Shown here one piece after another: positions 54,904 to 64,000 of a stretch of DNA of 64,000 nt (position 1 is its first letter; every line of letters starts with the position of its first letter). Both the position numbers and the translations under genes were made by a program. The notes beneath the pieces are model-generated. The model saw only the letters and a program-made list of their open reading frames with translations, was not told the DNA's origin and did not search any database. The stretch lies in NCBI GenBank assembly GCA_964406665.1, contig CAYOSQ010000008.1, positions 3,933-67,932 on the forward strand, given 5' to 3'. Source of the DNA: an uncultured Planctomycetia bacterium. GTDB lineage: Bacteria > Omnitrophota > Gorgyraeia > VGKH01 > JBHPFN01.

Positions 54904-56175
54904 ATGGCTGAAACATTTTCAGATTGGGAGAAGATAATTGACTCTTTTACAGATTTGATCTCAATCCAAAGTAAGGATTATAAGTATATAAAGGTGAATA
55001 AGGCCTTTGCTGATGCTCTTAAAATGAAGCCCGAAAAAATTGTTGGAAAGACCTGCTACGAATTAATCCATAAAACAAAAGAACCGAGGCAGCAATGTCC
55101 TCACAAGAAGACGCTTGAGACAAAAAAACCAGCAACGGAGGAGTTTTTTGAGCCTAATTTGGGGGTTTATCTTCAGGTATCTACTTCACCATTTTTTGAT
55201 GATAAAGGTGAAGTAGCAGGTACTGTTCATATTGCTAGAGATATCACCGAGAGTAAAAAAACCATGGAGTCATTAAAGGAAAAGAAAGAATTCAGTGATG
55301 CTTTGTTTGATACAGCTCAGGTAATTATGCTTATGCTTGATACTGAGGGTCGTGTTGTTCGTTTTAATCCTTATACGGAAGAAGTTTCAGGTTATTCATT
55401 AAAAGAAGTAAAAGGCAAGGATTGGTTTACTACTTTTTTGCCTAAGAGAGACAGAGGGAGAATTAAAGAAATATTCCAAAAGGCAAAAGACGATATTCAA
55501 ACGCGTGGAAACGTCAATTCTATTATAACAAAACAAGGAGAAGAGCGTTTTATCGAATGGTATGATAAAACGTTTAAAGATAATAAGGGTAATGTTCTAG
55601 GTTTGTTAGCTGTTGGGCAAGATGTCACCGAACGAAAGAAAGCGGAAGTATCTCTACTGGAAATGAAAGATAAATACAGTGTTGTGCTTGAGAATTTAGA
55701 CGATGTTGTCTTTCAGCTATCTCCGCTTGGCACTATCGAATATGTAAGTCCAGGAGCTAAAGATTGGATGGGGTACATGCCTGAAGAGCTTATTGGTAAG
55801 CATTTAAAGGTTACGACTCCAGCAACCGAAATGCCTAAAGCCTTAAACGCTTTAAAGCGGGTTCTTTCTGGAGAGAAGATAAAAAGTTTCAATATGAAAC
55901 AAAGGCATGCTGACGGGCGTATTTTAGATATGGAGATTAATGCTTTGCCTATAAGGATAGAAGGTAAAATAGTAGCTGTTCAGGGTATTATGAGAGATAT
56001 CACTGATTGTAAGAATGTAGAGCAGGAAATGCAAAATACTTTGTCCGATTTGGAAAATTTCAAAAAAGCTACTATAGCTCGGGAAAATGTTATGATAGAG
56101 CTTAAGAAAGAGATCAATAAGCTATCGCAAGAATTGGGCAGGTCTGCTCCACATGATTTATCGTTTTTGGAGTAG
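54904..56175 (+). CDS. triple-PAS sensor protein with a C-terminal coiled coil and no kinase domain
   Basis: Three PAS/PAC repeats ending DITE, DVTE and DITD; tail RENVMIELKKEINKL. Confidence 0.88.
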   Translation: MAETFSDWEKIIDSFTDLISIQSKDYKYIKVNKAFADALKMKPEKIVGKTCYELIHKTKEPRQQCPHKKTLETKKPATEEFFEPNLGVYLQVSTSPFFDDKGEVAGTVHIARDITESKKTMESLKEKKEFSDALFDTAQVIMLMLDTEGRVVRFNPYTEEVSGYSLKEVKGKDWFTTFLPKRDRGRIKEIFQKAKDDIQTRGNVNSIITKQGEERFIEWYDKTFKDNKGNVLGLLAVGQDVTERKKAEVSLLEMKDKYSVVLENLDDVVFQLSPLGTIEYVSPGAKDWMGYMPEELIGKHLKVTTPATEMPKALNALKRVLSGEKIKSFNMKQRHADGRILDMEINALPIRIEGKIVAVQGIMRDITDCKNVEQEMQNTLSDLENFKKATIARENVMIELKKEINKLSQELGRSAPHDLSFLE

Positions 56176-56217
56176 GCTGATAAGCTAACAAGATAATAAT
56201 AAAAAGGAGGTATATTT

Positions 56218-57537
56218 ATGAAAAATAAAAGACTGTTGCTATTAACGGCCTATTTTTTATTATTTTTTTCTTGTTGCGCTTTTGCAGATATGAGTTTTAA
56301 GCCGGGAGTCCAATTACGTCTTCGTCACGAACTATGGAAAAACATTTTCGATTTAGAAAACAGCAGCAAAGATAACCGCAACTATTTTAGGATTAAATAT
56401 TGCTTTTTAGGCAAGTTGGATTTTAGTGACAAGATTAGTCTCTTCACTAAATTGACCGATGAATTTAGGGCGTATACGTATTTTTATCAATCTAGTAGCC
56501 GTAAAAAAGGTCTAGGCTTTGATATTAATGAGACAGTTTTTGATAATCTTTATCTCGATATTAAGGATGTCTTAGGGTTACCAGTGGATTTGCGCTTTGG
56601 AAGACAAGATTTTCTTTTTACCTACGGAGAAGGCTTTTTGATTATGGATGGAACTCCGTTAGATGGTTCAAGAACATTCTATTTTAATGCTTTTAAAAGT
56701 ACTTGGAAAATAAATGAAAAGAACAGCTTAGACTTTGTATATATTAGAAATCCCCGAGATGATCTTTATTTACCTATAATTAACGAAGGTAAATCACCGC
56801 AGGCGTTAAATATTACCGATGAAGAAGCTTATATGCTTTATCTAAAAAGTAAATCTTTTGAGGATTTGCATCTTGAAGGATATTACATATATAAAAGAGA
56901 AGACGACGACGGAGGTGTCAGGCTGCAGGGACAGAAGGGTAAAATCAATACATTTGGTTCTTTTGCAAAATATAATTTTTCCCCTTATGCGCTAAGAGGA
57001 CAGCTGGCTTTTCAGTTTGGAGATTATGGTCTTAATGACCGTGAAGCTTTAGGTGGCTATTTATTTTTAGATAGAAGTTTTGATGATAACTTGTGGTCTC
57101 CTTCAGCAAGCGTAGGATTTGTTTATCTCTCGGGTGATGATCCTTCAACAACAAAAAACGAAGGATGGGATGCTCTGTTTTCCCGCTGGCCGTGGATGTC
57201 AGAGCTATATTCGCTTACATATAACGGTGAGTCTGGCATTGATTATTGGACGAATTTAAAAATGGCCAGGGCTGAGCTTGCTCTTAAGCCGAGCAAAAAA
57301 ACAAAACTTCGTTTTTGGTACAATGTTTTATGGGCGAATGAAACTCCTGTGGGAACATCTTTTGTTACTGGATTAGGTAAGACCCGAGGCCATCTTCCTC
57401 AGGTAAGATTTGATTATGCAATAAACGAAAATATATCTGCTTATATTTTAGGAGAATATTTTATTCCGGGAAGTTTCCATGCTGATAATGCTGACGACGC
57501 ATTATTTTTAAGGACAGAAGTTACAATTAAGTTTTAA
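56218..57537 (+). CDS. alginate-export (AlgE-like) outer-membrane beta-barrel
   Basis: Signal peptide, RLRHE, GRQDF, YLSGDD, amphipathic strands, C-terminal Phe. Confidence 0.8.
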   Translation: MKNKRLLLLTAYFLLFFSCCAFADMSFKPGVQLRLRHELWKNIFDLENSSKDNRNYFRIKYCFLGKLDFSDKISLFTKLTDEFRAYTYFYQSSSRKKGLGFDINETVFDNLYLDIKDVLGLPVDLRFGRQDFLFTYGEGFLIMDGTPLDGSRTFYFNAFKSTWKINEKNSLDFVYIRNPRDDLYLPIINEGKSPQALNITDEEAYMLYLKSKSFEDLHLEGYYIYKREDDDGGVRLQGQKGKINTFGSFAKYNFSPYALRGQLAFQFGDYGLNDREALGGYLFLDRSFDDNLWSPSASVGFVYLSGDDPSTTKNEGWDALFSRWPWMSELYSLTYNGESGIDYWTNLKMARAELALKPSKKTKLRFWYNVLWANETPVGTSFVTGLGKTRGHLPQVRFDYAINENISAYILGEYFIPGSFHADNADDALFLRTEVTIKF

Positions 57538-57583
57538 TTTAGCCTTAAAATAGTATAAAGAAAAAATTTAGGAGGTTAAAGCA

Positions 57584-58600
57584 ATGTTTTGGAAAATGAT
57601 GATGAAGGTAAATAAGTTCAGAGTGAGTTTTTTGTTTATTTTTTTGATTATTTGTAATTTTATTCTATGTTTTGGCTTGCAGGCTGATGAGGTTAAAAAT
57701 AACTTTAAAATTGGATTAGCTGTTCTAAAAGATAATCCTGATTACAGTGCAGGTAGAAGAGCTTTTGTGGATACTCTTGAGAATCAAAAAGACATAAACT
57801 TTGAATTTAAGCTTTTAGATGCATTTGGGGATATGGAAGTTTACAAAAAAGGTATAAAAGATTTAGTTGAGGTTGAAAAAGTCGACCTTATTTTTGCCAC
57901 CGGAACCCGAAGCACTATCCCAGTAGTCGAGTTAGTCAAGGATATCCCTATTGTTTTTACGGCCGTAGCCGCACCTGTTAGGGCTAACATAGTTGAAAGT
58001 AGAGAGAACCCCGGGAAAAATGTAACCGGTACGCATTGCGGAATTCCTGAATATGCTCAACTGAAAACCATATTGACTGTAATCCCTAGTGTTAAAAGAA
58101 TAGGAATAGTCTATACAGCAGATGAGCCAAATGCCGAGCATCAGACTGCTGACTTTAAGTTGGCGGCAGAAGGGTTAGGCGTTGAGGTATTAACATCTTT
58201 GGTTTCTAAAGACTGCGACTCTCAAGAGGAAGTCGAGCAGGCAACAAATAAACTAGTAGGAAAGGTTGATGTTCTTGTTGCCCATCAGGATACTTCTCTT
58301 TCTCGTTACGGTAGAGGAATGATTAAAGTGGCTGAAGAAAATAACATTCCTGCGTATGTTTCATTATCTCAGCTCCTTAGTGAGGGGGCACTTTTTTCTC
58401 TAGGCATAGATTTTTCAGAATTAGGTAAGATATCAGCTAAGCAGGCAATAAGGGTATTAAAACATCAGACAGATCCGGGGGGTTTACCTGTAGAAACTTA
58501 CAAGAAATATTCTCTGACTATCAACTTACCTGCAGCTGAAAAGATTGGTTTAAAACTTCCAGTTCAGGTTTTAAGAAAAGCATCCAAGCTGATAAAATAA
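57584..58600 (+). CDS. ABC_sub_bind-type periplasmic solute-binding protein with no cognate permease/ATPase nearby
   Basis: VDLIFATGT, IPIVFTAV, PGKNVTG, IGIVY, INLPAAEKIGL. Confidence 0.88.
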   Translation: MFWKMMMKVNKFRVSFLFIFLIICNFILCFGLQADEVKNNFKIGLAVLKDNPDYSAGRRAFVDTLENQKDINFEFKLLDAFGDMEVYKKGIKDLVEVEKVDLIFATGTRSTIPVVELVKDIPIVFTAVAAPVRANIVESRENPGKNVTGTHCGIPEYAQLKTILTVIPSVKRIGIVYTADEPNAEHQTADFKLAAEGLGVEVLTSLVSKDCDSQEEVEQATNKLVGKVDVLVAHQDTSLSRYGRGMIKVAEENNIPAYVSLSQLLSEGALFSLGIDFSELGKISAKQAIRVLKHQTDPGGLPVETYKKYSLTINLPAAEKIGLKLPVQVLRKASKLIK

Positions 58601-58614
58601 AGGCATTAAGTCAA

Positions 58615-60333
58615 ATGAAATTAAAAATTAATTTAAGAGAAAAATTGTTAATAGTTACTACAAGTATAGTTTTGATTGCTTTTAGCGTTAACACATATTT
58701 AAACATAAATGATTTTATTAATAGATATAAAGAGATGATTTCAGAAAAAATATTTGCTGAAGCTAAGCATCTTAGAAATATCATAGAGGATACCCTATCT
58801 TTAGGTCTTGGTCTTGGAGAGCTGGAAGGTTTAAATGAAGAATGCGAGAAATTAAAACGAAGTGTACCTTATGCTCAATATTGTTTCGTTTCAGATTTGG
58901 ATGGTAAAATTATTTATCAAGATTATTCTAAAAAGACAGAGCTGATTTTTGGAAACTTGAAGATTAAAGAAATCAGGGGTTCGGGTCAAAGAGATATTAG
59001 TTTTATTAAAACGGTTATCGGAAGTAATATTTATAACCACTCTTTGCTTATCCATGATGATGAAAATCATTTGCATGCTGTCGGAATGGTACATATTGGT
59101 GTTTTGTCGGAAGTTGTTAATAAGGAGATTAGAGCACTAATTCAACGCTCTGTATTATTATCCTCAATATTTATAATATTTACTGTTTTGATAGTTATAC
59201 TTTTCAATAGACATATTGTTTTAGCCCCTCTTCGCTCGATAATGATTGCATTAGCTCATTTTGGAAAGGGAGAACTTGACTATAAAATAGATTTGAAGCA
59301 GACTGATGAGTTTGGCGAGCTAGCAAAAACTTTTAACAAAATGACTGAAAACTTAAATATTGTAACCGCTTCTCGGGATGATTTGGATGCTCAGATTAAA
59401 GAACGAATAAAAGCGGAAAAAGCACTTCAAGAAGCTAATAAAGGATTAGCTTTAAATGAACGGGCCTTAAAAAACATTCTCTATGATTTAAGGAAAGCCC
59501 ATGACGAATTAAAATCTACCCAAAAGCAACTGGTGCAGAGTGAGAAACTTGCATCTATTGGTCAGCTGGCTGCTGGTATTGCACATGAAATAAACAATCC
59601 TGTTGGTTTTATCGGCAGTAATCTTTCTACGCTGGAACAATATATTGAAAATATTTCAGAAATTATGAGAGCCCTGGAAAATTTTAAGCAGGTAGTCGAA
59701 CAAAAAGATTTAAATAAAGCAGAGAAAATTAGAGTAGAGCTTCAAGAGCTTGAGGAAAGTCTAGATATAGAATATATCCTAAATGATTTAGATAGTTTAT
59801 TGAGGGAGTCGAAAGAAGGAGTAGAAAGAATTAAGAAGATCGTAATGGATTTAAAAACCTTTTCACGTTCTGACGACGAAATTAGAATAGCCGCGAACAT
59901 AAATCAAGTTATTGATGGCACAGTAAATATAGTTTGGAATGAAATAAAATATAAAGCAGAGCTGAATAGAAAATATGGGGAGGTTCCCCTTGTAGAGTGT
60001 AACACGCAGCAGATCGGCCAGGTGTTTATAAATCTTTTGGTTAATGCTGCTCAATCCATAGCGGATAAAGGTGTTATTACAATTGAAACATATAAAAGGG
60101 AAAATGAAGTTGTAGTAGAGGTTTCCGATACCGGTAAGGGTATTAAGAAAGAACTACTGGCTAAAATATTCGACCCATTTTTTACCACTAAAGAAGTAGG
60201 GAAAGGTACCGGATTGGGTTTAAGTATCAGTCACGAAATTATTACAAAACATAACGGCACAATAACAGTTGAAAGTGAAGTTGGCAAAGGAACTAAATTC
60301 ACTGTTGTTTTTCCTGTCAGCAAAAATATTTAG
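58615..60333 (+). CDS. membrane sensor histidine kinase (periplasmic sensor + HAMP)
   Basis: 2 TM, DEFGELAKTFN, AHEINNP (H-box), NLLVNA, DTGKG, FFTTK, GTGLGL. Confidence 0.95.
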   Translation: MKLKINLREKLLIVTTSIVLIAFSVNTYLNINDFINRYKEMISEKIFAEAKHLRNIIEDTLSLGLGLGELEGLNEECEKLKRSVPYAQYCFVSDLDGKIIYQDYSKKTELIFGNLKIKEIRGSGQRDISFIKTVIGSNIYNHSLLIHDDENHLHAVGMVHIGVLSEVVNKEIRALIQRSVLLSSIFIIFTVLIVILFNRHIVLAPLRSIMIALAHFGKGELDYKIDLKQTDEFGELAKTFNKMTENLNIVTASRDDLDAQIKERIKAEKALQEANKGLALNERALKNILYDLRKAHDELKSTQKQLVQSEKLASIGQLAAGIAHEINNPVGFIGSNLSTLEQYIENISEIMRALENFKQVVEQKDLNKAEKIRVELQELEESLDIEYILNDLDSLLRESKEGVERIKKIVMDLKTFSRSDDEIRIAANINQVIDGTVNIVWNEIKYKAELNRKYGEVPLVECNTQQIGQVFINLLVNAAQSIADKGVITIETYKRENEVVVEVSDTGKGIKKELLAKIFDPFFTTKEVGKGTGLGLSISHEIITKHNGTITVESEVGKGTKFTVVFPVSKNI

Positions 60334-60368
60334 TTTGATTAATAGGTCGAAAACGCAAGGAGAAAAAA

Positions 60369-61211
60369 ATGGCAGAATATAAGATATTACTTGTTGATGA
60401 TGAGGAGAATATTCTGAATTCTCTGATACGGACTTTGCACAATGAAAAATACGATATTTTAGTTAAAAAAACTGCTGAAGAGGCAATTACAGTTATTTCC
60501 CAACAGAAGATAGACCTAATCATCTGCGATTATAAATTAAGTGGAATGAACGGCATAGATTTTCTGGAGATGGTTTCTAAGAAAAATCCTGAGATAATCA
60601 CAATTTTGCTTACCGGTAAAGCAGATATGCAGATGGCCATGGATGCTATAAACAGGTCTTCTCTTTATATGTTTATAATGAAACCCTGGGAAAATGATAT
60701 GTTGATTTCTTCAGTAAGTAGGGCTTTGGAGCAACGTGATCTGGCTGTGGAAAACAGGAATTTGATACATGCTGGGCTAAAAAAGATTTTAGCCCGAGAT
60801 GTAATGTCTAGATTTGCAATTACTGTTAAGGAGGATTCTTCTTTACTTAATGCAGCACATCTTATGATGAGATTTAAAATAAGCGGGCTTCCGGTTATGT
60901 CTCATGAAGGAAAAATCTCTGGAATAATAACAGCCTCAGATTTATTCAGGATGATGGGTGAGATAGTAGTGCACGATGTTATTGTGCAGAATTCCTTATA
61001 TAAAGGTAATATTATGGTTAAAGACGTTATGACAAAGGATGTCGTTGTTGTAGATAAGACTACATCTTTTTTTGATATTGTTAATACAATGTATGGTAAA
61101 AATATACATACGTTACCCGTGGTTGAAAACAATGAAATTGTTGGCATTATAGGCAGAAGAGATGTGATAAATTCATTTTATAAACTTTTAAAAACGACCA
61201 ATGTTTCTTAA
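60369..61211 (+). CDS. receiver + CBS-pair fusion
   Basis: VDDE, ICDY, LTG, KPW, then SGLPV, GIITASD, IHTLPV, GRRD. Confidence 0.9.
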   Translation: MAEYKILLVDDEENILNSLIRTLHNEKYDILVKKTAEEAITVISQQKIDLIICDYKLSGMNGIDFLEMVSKKNPEIITILLTGKADMQMAMDAINRSSLYMFIMKPWENDMLISSVSRALEQRDLAVENRNLIHAGLKKILARDVMSRFAITVKEDSSLLNAAHLMMRFKISGLPVMSHEGKISGIITASDLFRMMGEIVVHDVIVQNSLYKGNIMVKDVMTKDVVVVDKTTSFFDIVNTMYGKNIHTLPVVENNEIVGIIGRRDVINSFYKLLKTTNVS

Positions 61212-61255
61212 TTTATGTTTATTATATTCAAATAATATTAATAAGAGAGGTAAAC

Positions 61256-61759
61256 ATGGCACGGTATAAAATACTGATTGTAGATGATGAAGAAAATGTA
61301 GTGAGTTCTCTGTCTAGGGTATTGCGTAATGAAAAGCACGATATTGTAGCTGCAAAAAGCGCAGAAGATGCATTATTAATAGTTGAAGCTGAAATCGTTG
61401 ATCTTATAATATGTGATTATAAGCTAATCGGTATGGACGGAATATCTTTTTTAGAAAAAGTCCTAGAGACTAATCCCGAGATAATAACTATCTTGCTTAC
61501 AGGAAATGCTGATTTACAAGTAGCTGTTGATGCAGTTAATAAGACCTCTGTATATAAATTTATTCTTAAACCATGGGATAATGAGATGCTGAGAATTTCA
61601 ATTATGAGGGCTCTGGAGCATCGTGATTTGATTGTTAGAAACAAGCTTCTTATTAATGAGATCAAGAAACGTAATTCTCTTATTGAGCAATTGGAAAGGG
61701 ATAATCCTGGAATTACTAGGATAAAAAAGGATAGTTCTGGAAACATCATTTTGGACTAA
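61256..61759 (+). CDS. response regulator (receiver + short coiled coil)
   Basis: VDDE, ICDY, LTG, KPW; close paralog of the 60369 receiver. Confidence 0.92.
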   Translation: MARYKILIVDDEENVVSSLSRVLRNEKHDIVAAKSAEDALLIVEAEIVDLIICDYKLIGMDGISFLEKVLETNPEIITILLTGNADLQVAVDAVNKTSVYKFILKPWDNEMLRISIMRALEHRDLIVRNKLLINEIKKRNSLIEQLERDNPGITRIKKDSSGNIILD

Positions 61760-61811
61760 AGCCAGAAAACTTAGTTGATAGTTTTGGTGTTTTAAAAAAA
61801 GGACTTTTTTT

Positions 61812-62978
61812 ATGAAAGAGATTAACGTGGTTATACTCGATGACGAAAATAATATTTTGCATTCTTTAGAGAGAGTTTTGCACAGGGAGGAATTCGGTGT
61901 TTTTACGACAGTTGACTACAAAGAAGCTATGGATGTAATTGGTAAGGAGAATATTAAAGTAGTTGTATCAGATCATAGGATGCCTGGAATTTCTGGAGTA
62001 GACTTTTTAGAGAAGGCAAAAGTTAAAAAACCAAGTGCCCTAAGGATATTGCTTACTGGGTTTGCTGATATAAAGGTTGCTGAGGATGCGATTAACAAGG
62101 ATCAAGTTTACAGGTTTATGAATAAACCGTGGAACGATGAAGATTTAAAAGCAACTTTGCGTCAGGCAGTTCATAAATTCGACTTAATTGAGCATAATAA
62201 ACATCTAGTTGGGGAAATAAAGACTCGCAATGAAGAGCTGATGGAAGTCAATAAGAAGCTTAGAAGTATGTACGAGACGCAGAAGAAGTTTACTTCTACT
62301 GTATCTCACGAGCTGAGAACGCCTTTGGCTTCGATAAAAACGGCAATAGATATTGTTAAAAGTGAGACCTCAGGAGAGTTGAATGATGATCAGAAAAACT
62401 TTTTAAATAAAGCCAAAGACAATATAGATAGGCTTAATCGTTTGATTAACGATATATTGGATCTTTCTAAGTTAGAATCGGGCATGACTTCTTTGGATTT
62501 AAAGAAAAACAATATGAATAAAATTATCAGCGATATTGTGCAGCTACAGGAATCGGTTGCTCAAGAAAGAGGAATTGTTTTAAAGGCAGAGCTCGACCCC
62601 GATGTTCCGGAAATGCCGTTTGATGCTGATAAGATTAATCAGGTTCTGAATAATTTAATTAGTAATGCATTTAAGTTTACTGAAAAAGGTGAAGTGGTGG
62701 TGAGCAGTTCTGCAGAAAAAGAACATAATTATATAAAGATATGTGTACGTGATACCGGTATGGGGATTGAAGAAAAAGACATTCCTAAGCTGTTTAAGAA
62801 ATTCCAACAGCTGGGTGATCCTGCTGAAAGGAAGACAGGCGGTACAGGCTTAGGCCTTGCGATATGCAAAGAGATTACGTCGCAGCATAAAGGAAAAATC
62901 TGGGTTGAATCGAAATCTGGTGAAGGAAGTGCTTTTTATTTCCTTTTACCTATTAAGGAAAGACGTATAGATCGTTAA
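61812..62978 (+). CDS. cytoplasmic hybrid receiver-histidine kinase
   Basis: LDDE, SDHRMP, KPW; SHELRTP, NLISNA, DTGMG, GTGLGL. Confidence 0.95.
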   Translation: MKEINVVILDDENNILHSLERVLHREEFGVFTTVDYKEAMDVIGKENIKVVVSDHRMPGISGVDFLEKAKVKKPSALRILLTGFADIKVAEDAINKDQVYRFMNKPWNDEDLKATLRQAVHKFDLIEHNKHLVGEIKTRNEELMEVNKKLRSMYETQKKFTSTVSHELRTPLASIKTAIDIVKSETSGELNDDQKNFLNKAKDNIDRLNRLINDILDLSKLESGMTSLDLKKNNMNKIISDIVQLQESVAQERGIVLKAELDPDVPEMPFDADKINQVLNNLISNAFKFTEKGEVVVSSSAEKEHNYIKICVRDTGMGIEEKDIPKLFKKFQQLGDPAERKTGGTGLGLAICKEITSQHKGKIWVESKSGEGSAFYFLLPIKERRIDR

Positions 62979-63002
62979 GCATTTAAAGTAAAAGGATGAA
63001 TT

Positions 63003-63755
63003 ATGGCTGATAAAAAAATAATTTTAGTGATTGATGACGAAACTGATTTAGCAGAAATGGTTAGCTTTCAGTTAAAGGCAAAAGGCTATGCTGTTACTAT
63101 GGCTTCTAATGGAGTCGAGGGGCTGAAAGTTTTAGAGAAGGTTAATCCTGATTTAATTGTCTTAGATATAAATATGCCGAAAATGGGCGGACTGGAATTT
63201 TATAATAAAATATCTACATCACACGGTAAGGCAAAATATCCAGTTTTAGTTCTAACAGCTCGGGCAAATCTTGAAGAAACATTTAAAGATATCGAGGTTG
63301 ATGGATTTATGCCTAAACCTTTCGAAATAGAGAAATTAATTATTGAGGTTGATAGAATAGTTAGCAGAAAGTCGGAAAAACATATATATTTGCTTGATGT
63401 TAAAGGAAATTCTCGCACAAAAGAAATTAAAGAAAAGCTTGAGCAAGAAAGGTATTCTGTTGCTGTCTTGGAAGACGCGGAAACATTAAAAATCCGTGCG
63501 ACAACTATCGGTGGTTTAATGCCTTGTTGTATATTAATGGAATATATGCAGCAAGGATTAAGTGGTGACGTAGTAATCAAAAAAATAAAAGAAATTTCAT
63601 CCATCAAAGATGTTCCTATAGTTGTATATTCTTATACTGGTTTCCAGGCATATGAAGAAAAAAGTATCGCTGCCGGTGCAAGCAGGTATTTAGGAAAGCC
63701 GGAAAGTTACGATGTGTTCATTACTGCAGTCAAAGAGCTCGAGATAATTAGATAA
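63003..63755 (+). CDS. double receiver-domain protein (second domain degenerate)
   Basis: First domain IDDE/LDINMP/KPF; second domain LLDV/ILMEYMQ/KP. Confidence 0.88.
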   Translation: MADKKIILVIDDETDLAEMVSFQLKAKGYAVTMASNGVEGLKVLEKVNPDLIVLDINMPKMGGLEFYNKISTSHGKAKYPVLVLTARANLEETFKDIEVDGFMPKPFEIEKLIIEVDRIVSRKSEKHIYLLDVKGNSRTKEIKEKLEQERYSVAVLEDAETLKIRATTIGGLMPCCILMEYMQQGLSGDVVIKKIKEISSIKDVPIVVYSYTGFQAYEEKSIAAGASRYLGKPESYDVFITAVKELEIIR

Positions 63756-63791
63756 GAAGCTTAACCTCTCTAAATTATTTTAATAAAATAA

Positions 63792-63819
63792 TTGAATTAC
63801 TTAAATTCATTGCTATAAT
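63792..63819 (+). promoter_or_regulatory. sigma70-type promoter for purF
   Basis: TTGAAT-N16-TATAAT with extended TG. Confidence 0.55.
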
Positions 63820-63882
63820 AATTTCTGTTGATAACACGCCAAAAACATTTCCAAAAAATAATTTAAAATCGGAGGATAAAAT

Positions 63883-64000
63883 ATGAGCGGCATTTTTGGA
63901 GTTATTTCTAAAGGTGACTGTAGCGAAATTCTTCTGTATGGAACAGATTATCATTCTCATCTAGGGACTGAATATGGGGGTATGGCTGTATTTAACGGAG
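63883..64000 (+). CDS. purF: amidophosphoribosyltransferase, 5' part (runs off window); N-terminal Cys absent
   Basis: ggagg RBS; MSGIFGVISKGDCSEILLYGTDYHSHLGTEYGGMAVFNG matches the GTDYHSHLG variant of PurF. Confidence 0.8.
   Translation, partial: MSGIFGVISKGDCSEILLYGTDYHSHLGTEYGGMAVFNG

Noticed and set aside
56218-57537. Alginate/exopolysaccharide export operon
   Set aside because: No synthase, polymerase or modification genes nearby; the context is purely signalling.
246-63960. All minus-strand ORFs and short alternate-frame plus-strand ORFs in the ORF track
   Set aside because: They lie antisense to or inside well-supported genes or regulatory regions, and show no RBS or family motifs; treated as shadow ORFs.

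Overview
AT-rich (roughly 35% GC by eye) bacterial chromosomal segment with about 70 credible genes, all on the + strand. The content indicates a diderm anaerobic fermenter: pflB/pflA behind a ZMP/ZTP riboswitch, split pta plus ackA, a formate channel, GTP-PEPCK, short pyk and glgC. Gene order and composition suggest Ca. Omnitrophota, which is my inference and is not verified. The window also holds Mg/K/Na transport genes, a GH65/beta-PGM/GT4 glucoside cluster next to mscS, seven CBS-domain proteins and a 10-kb signalling island (porin + orphan solute-binding protein + kinases + many receivers) ending at the 5' end of a Cys-less purF. I found no rRNA, tRNA, CRISPR array or transposase. Main unexplained signals: (1) covarying GC-rich hairpins at 552-1392 with an apparent target duplication; (2) a leftover C-terminus of a second PEPCK behind the higher-GC pckG, suggesting in-situ gene displacement; (3) a switch-like 5' leader before the lsrF operon; (4) a secreted MORN/coiled-coil/MORN dumbbell protein; (5) a membrane-anchored AroE pseudo-enzyme; (6) a cNMP/ParA-like/patatin fusion; (7) a membrane-anchored tandem Sm-like protein.
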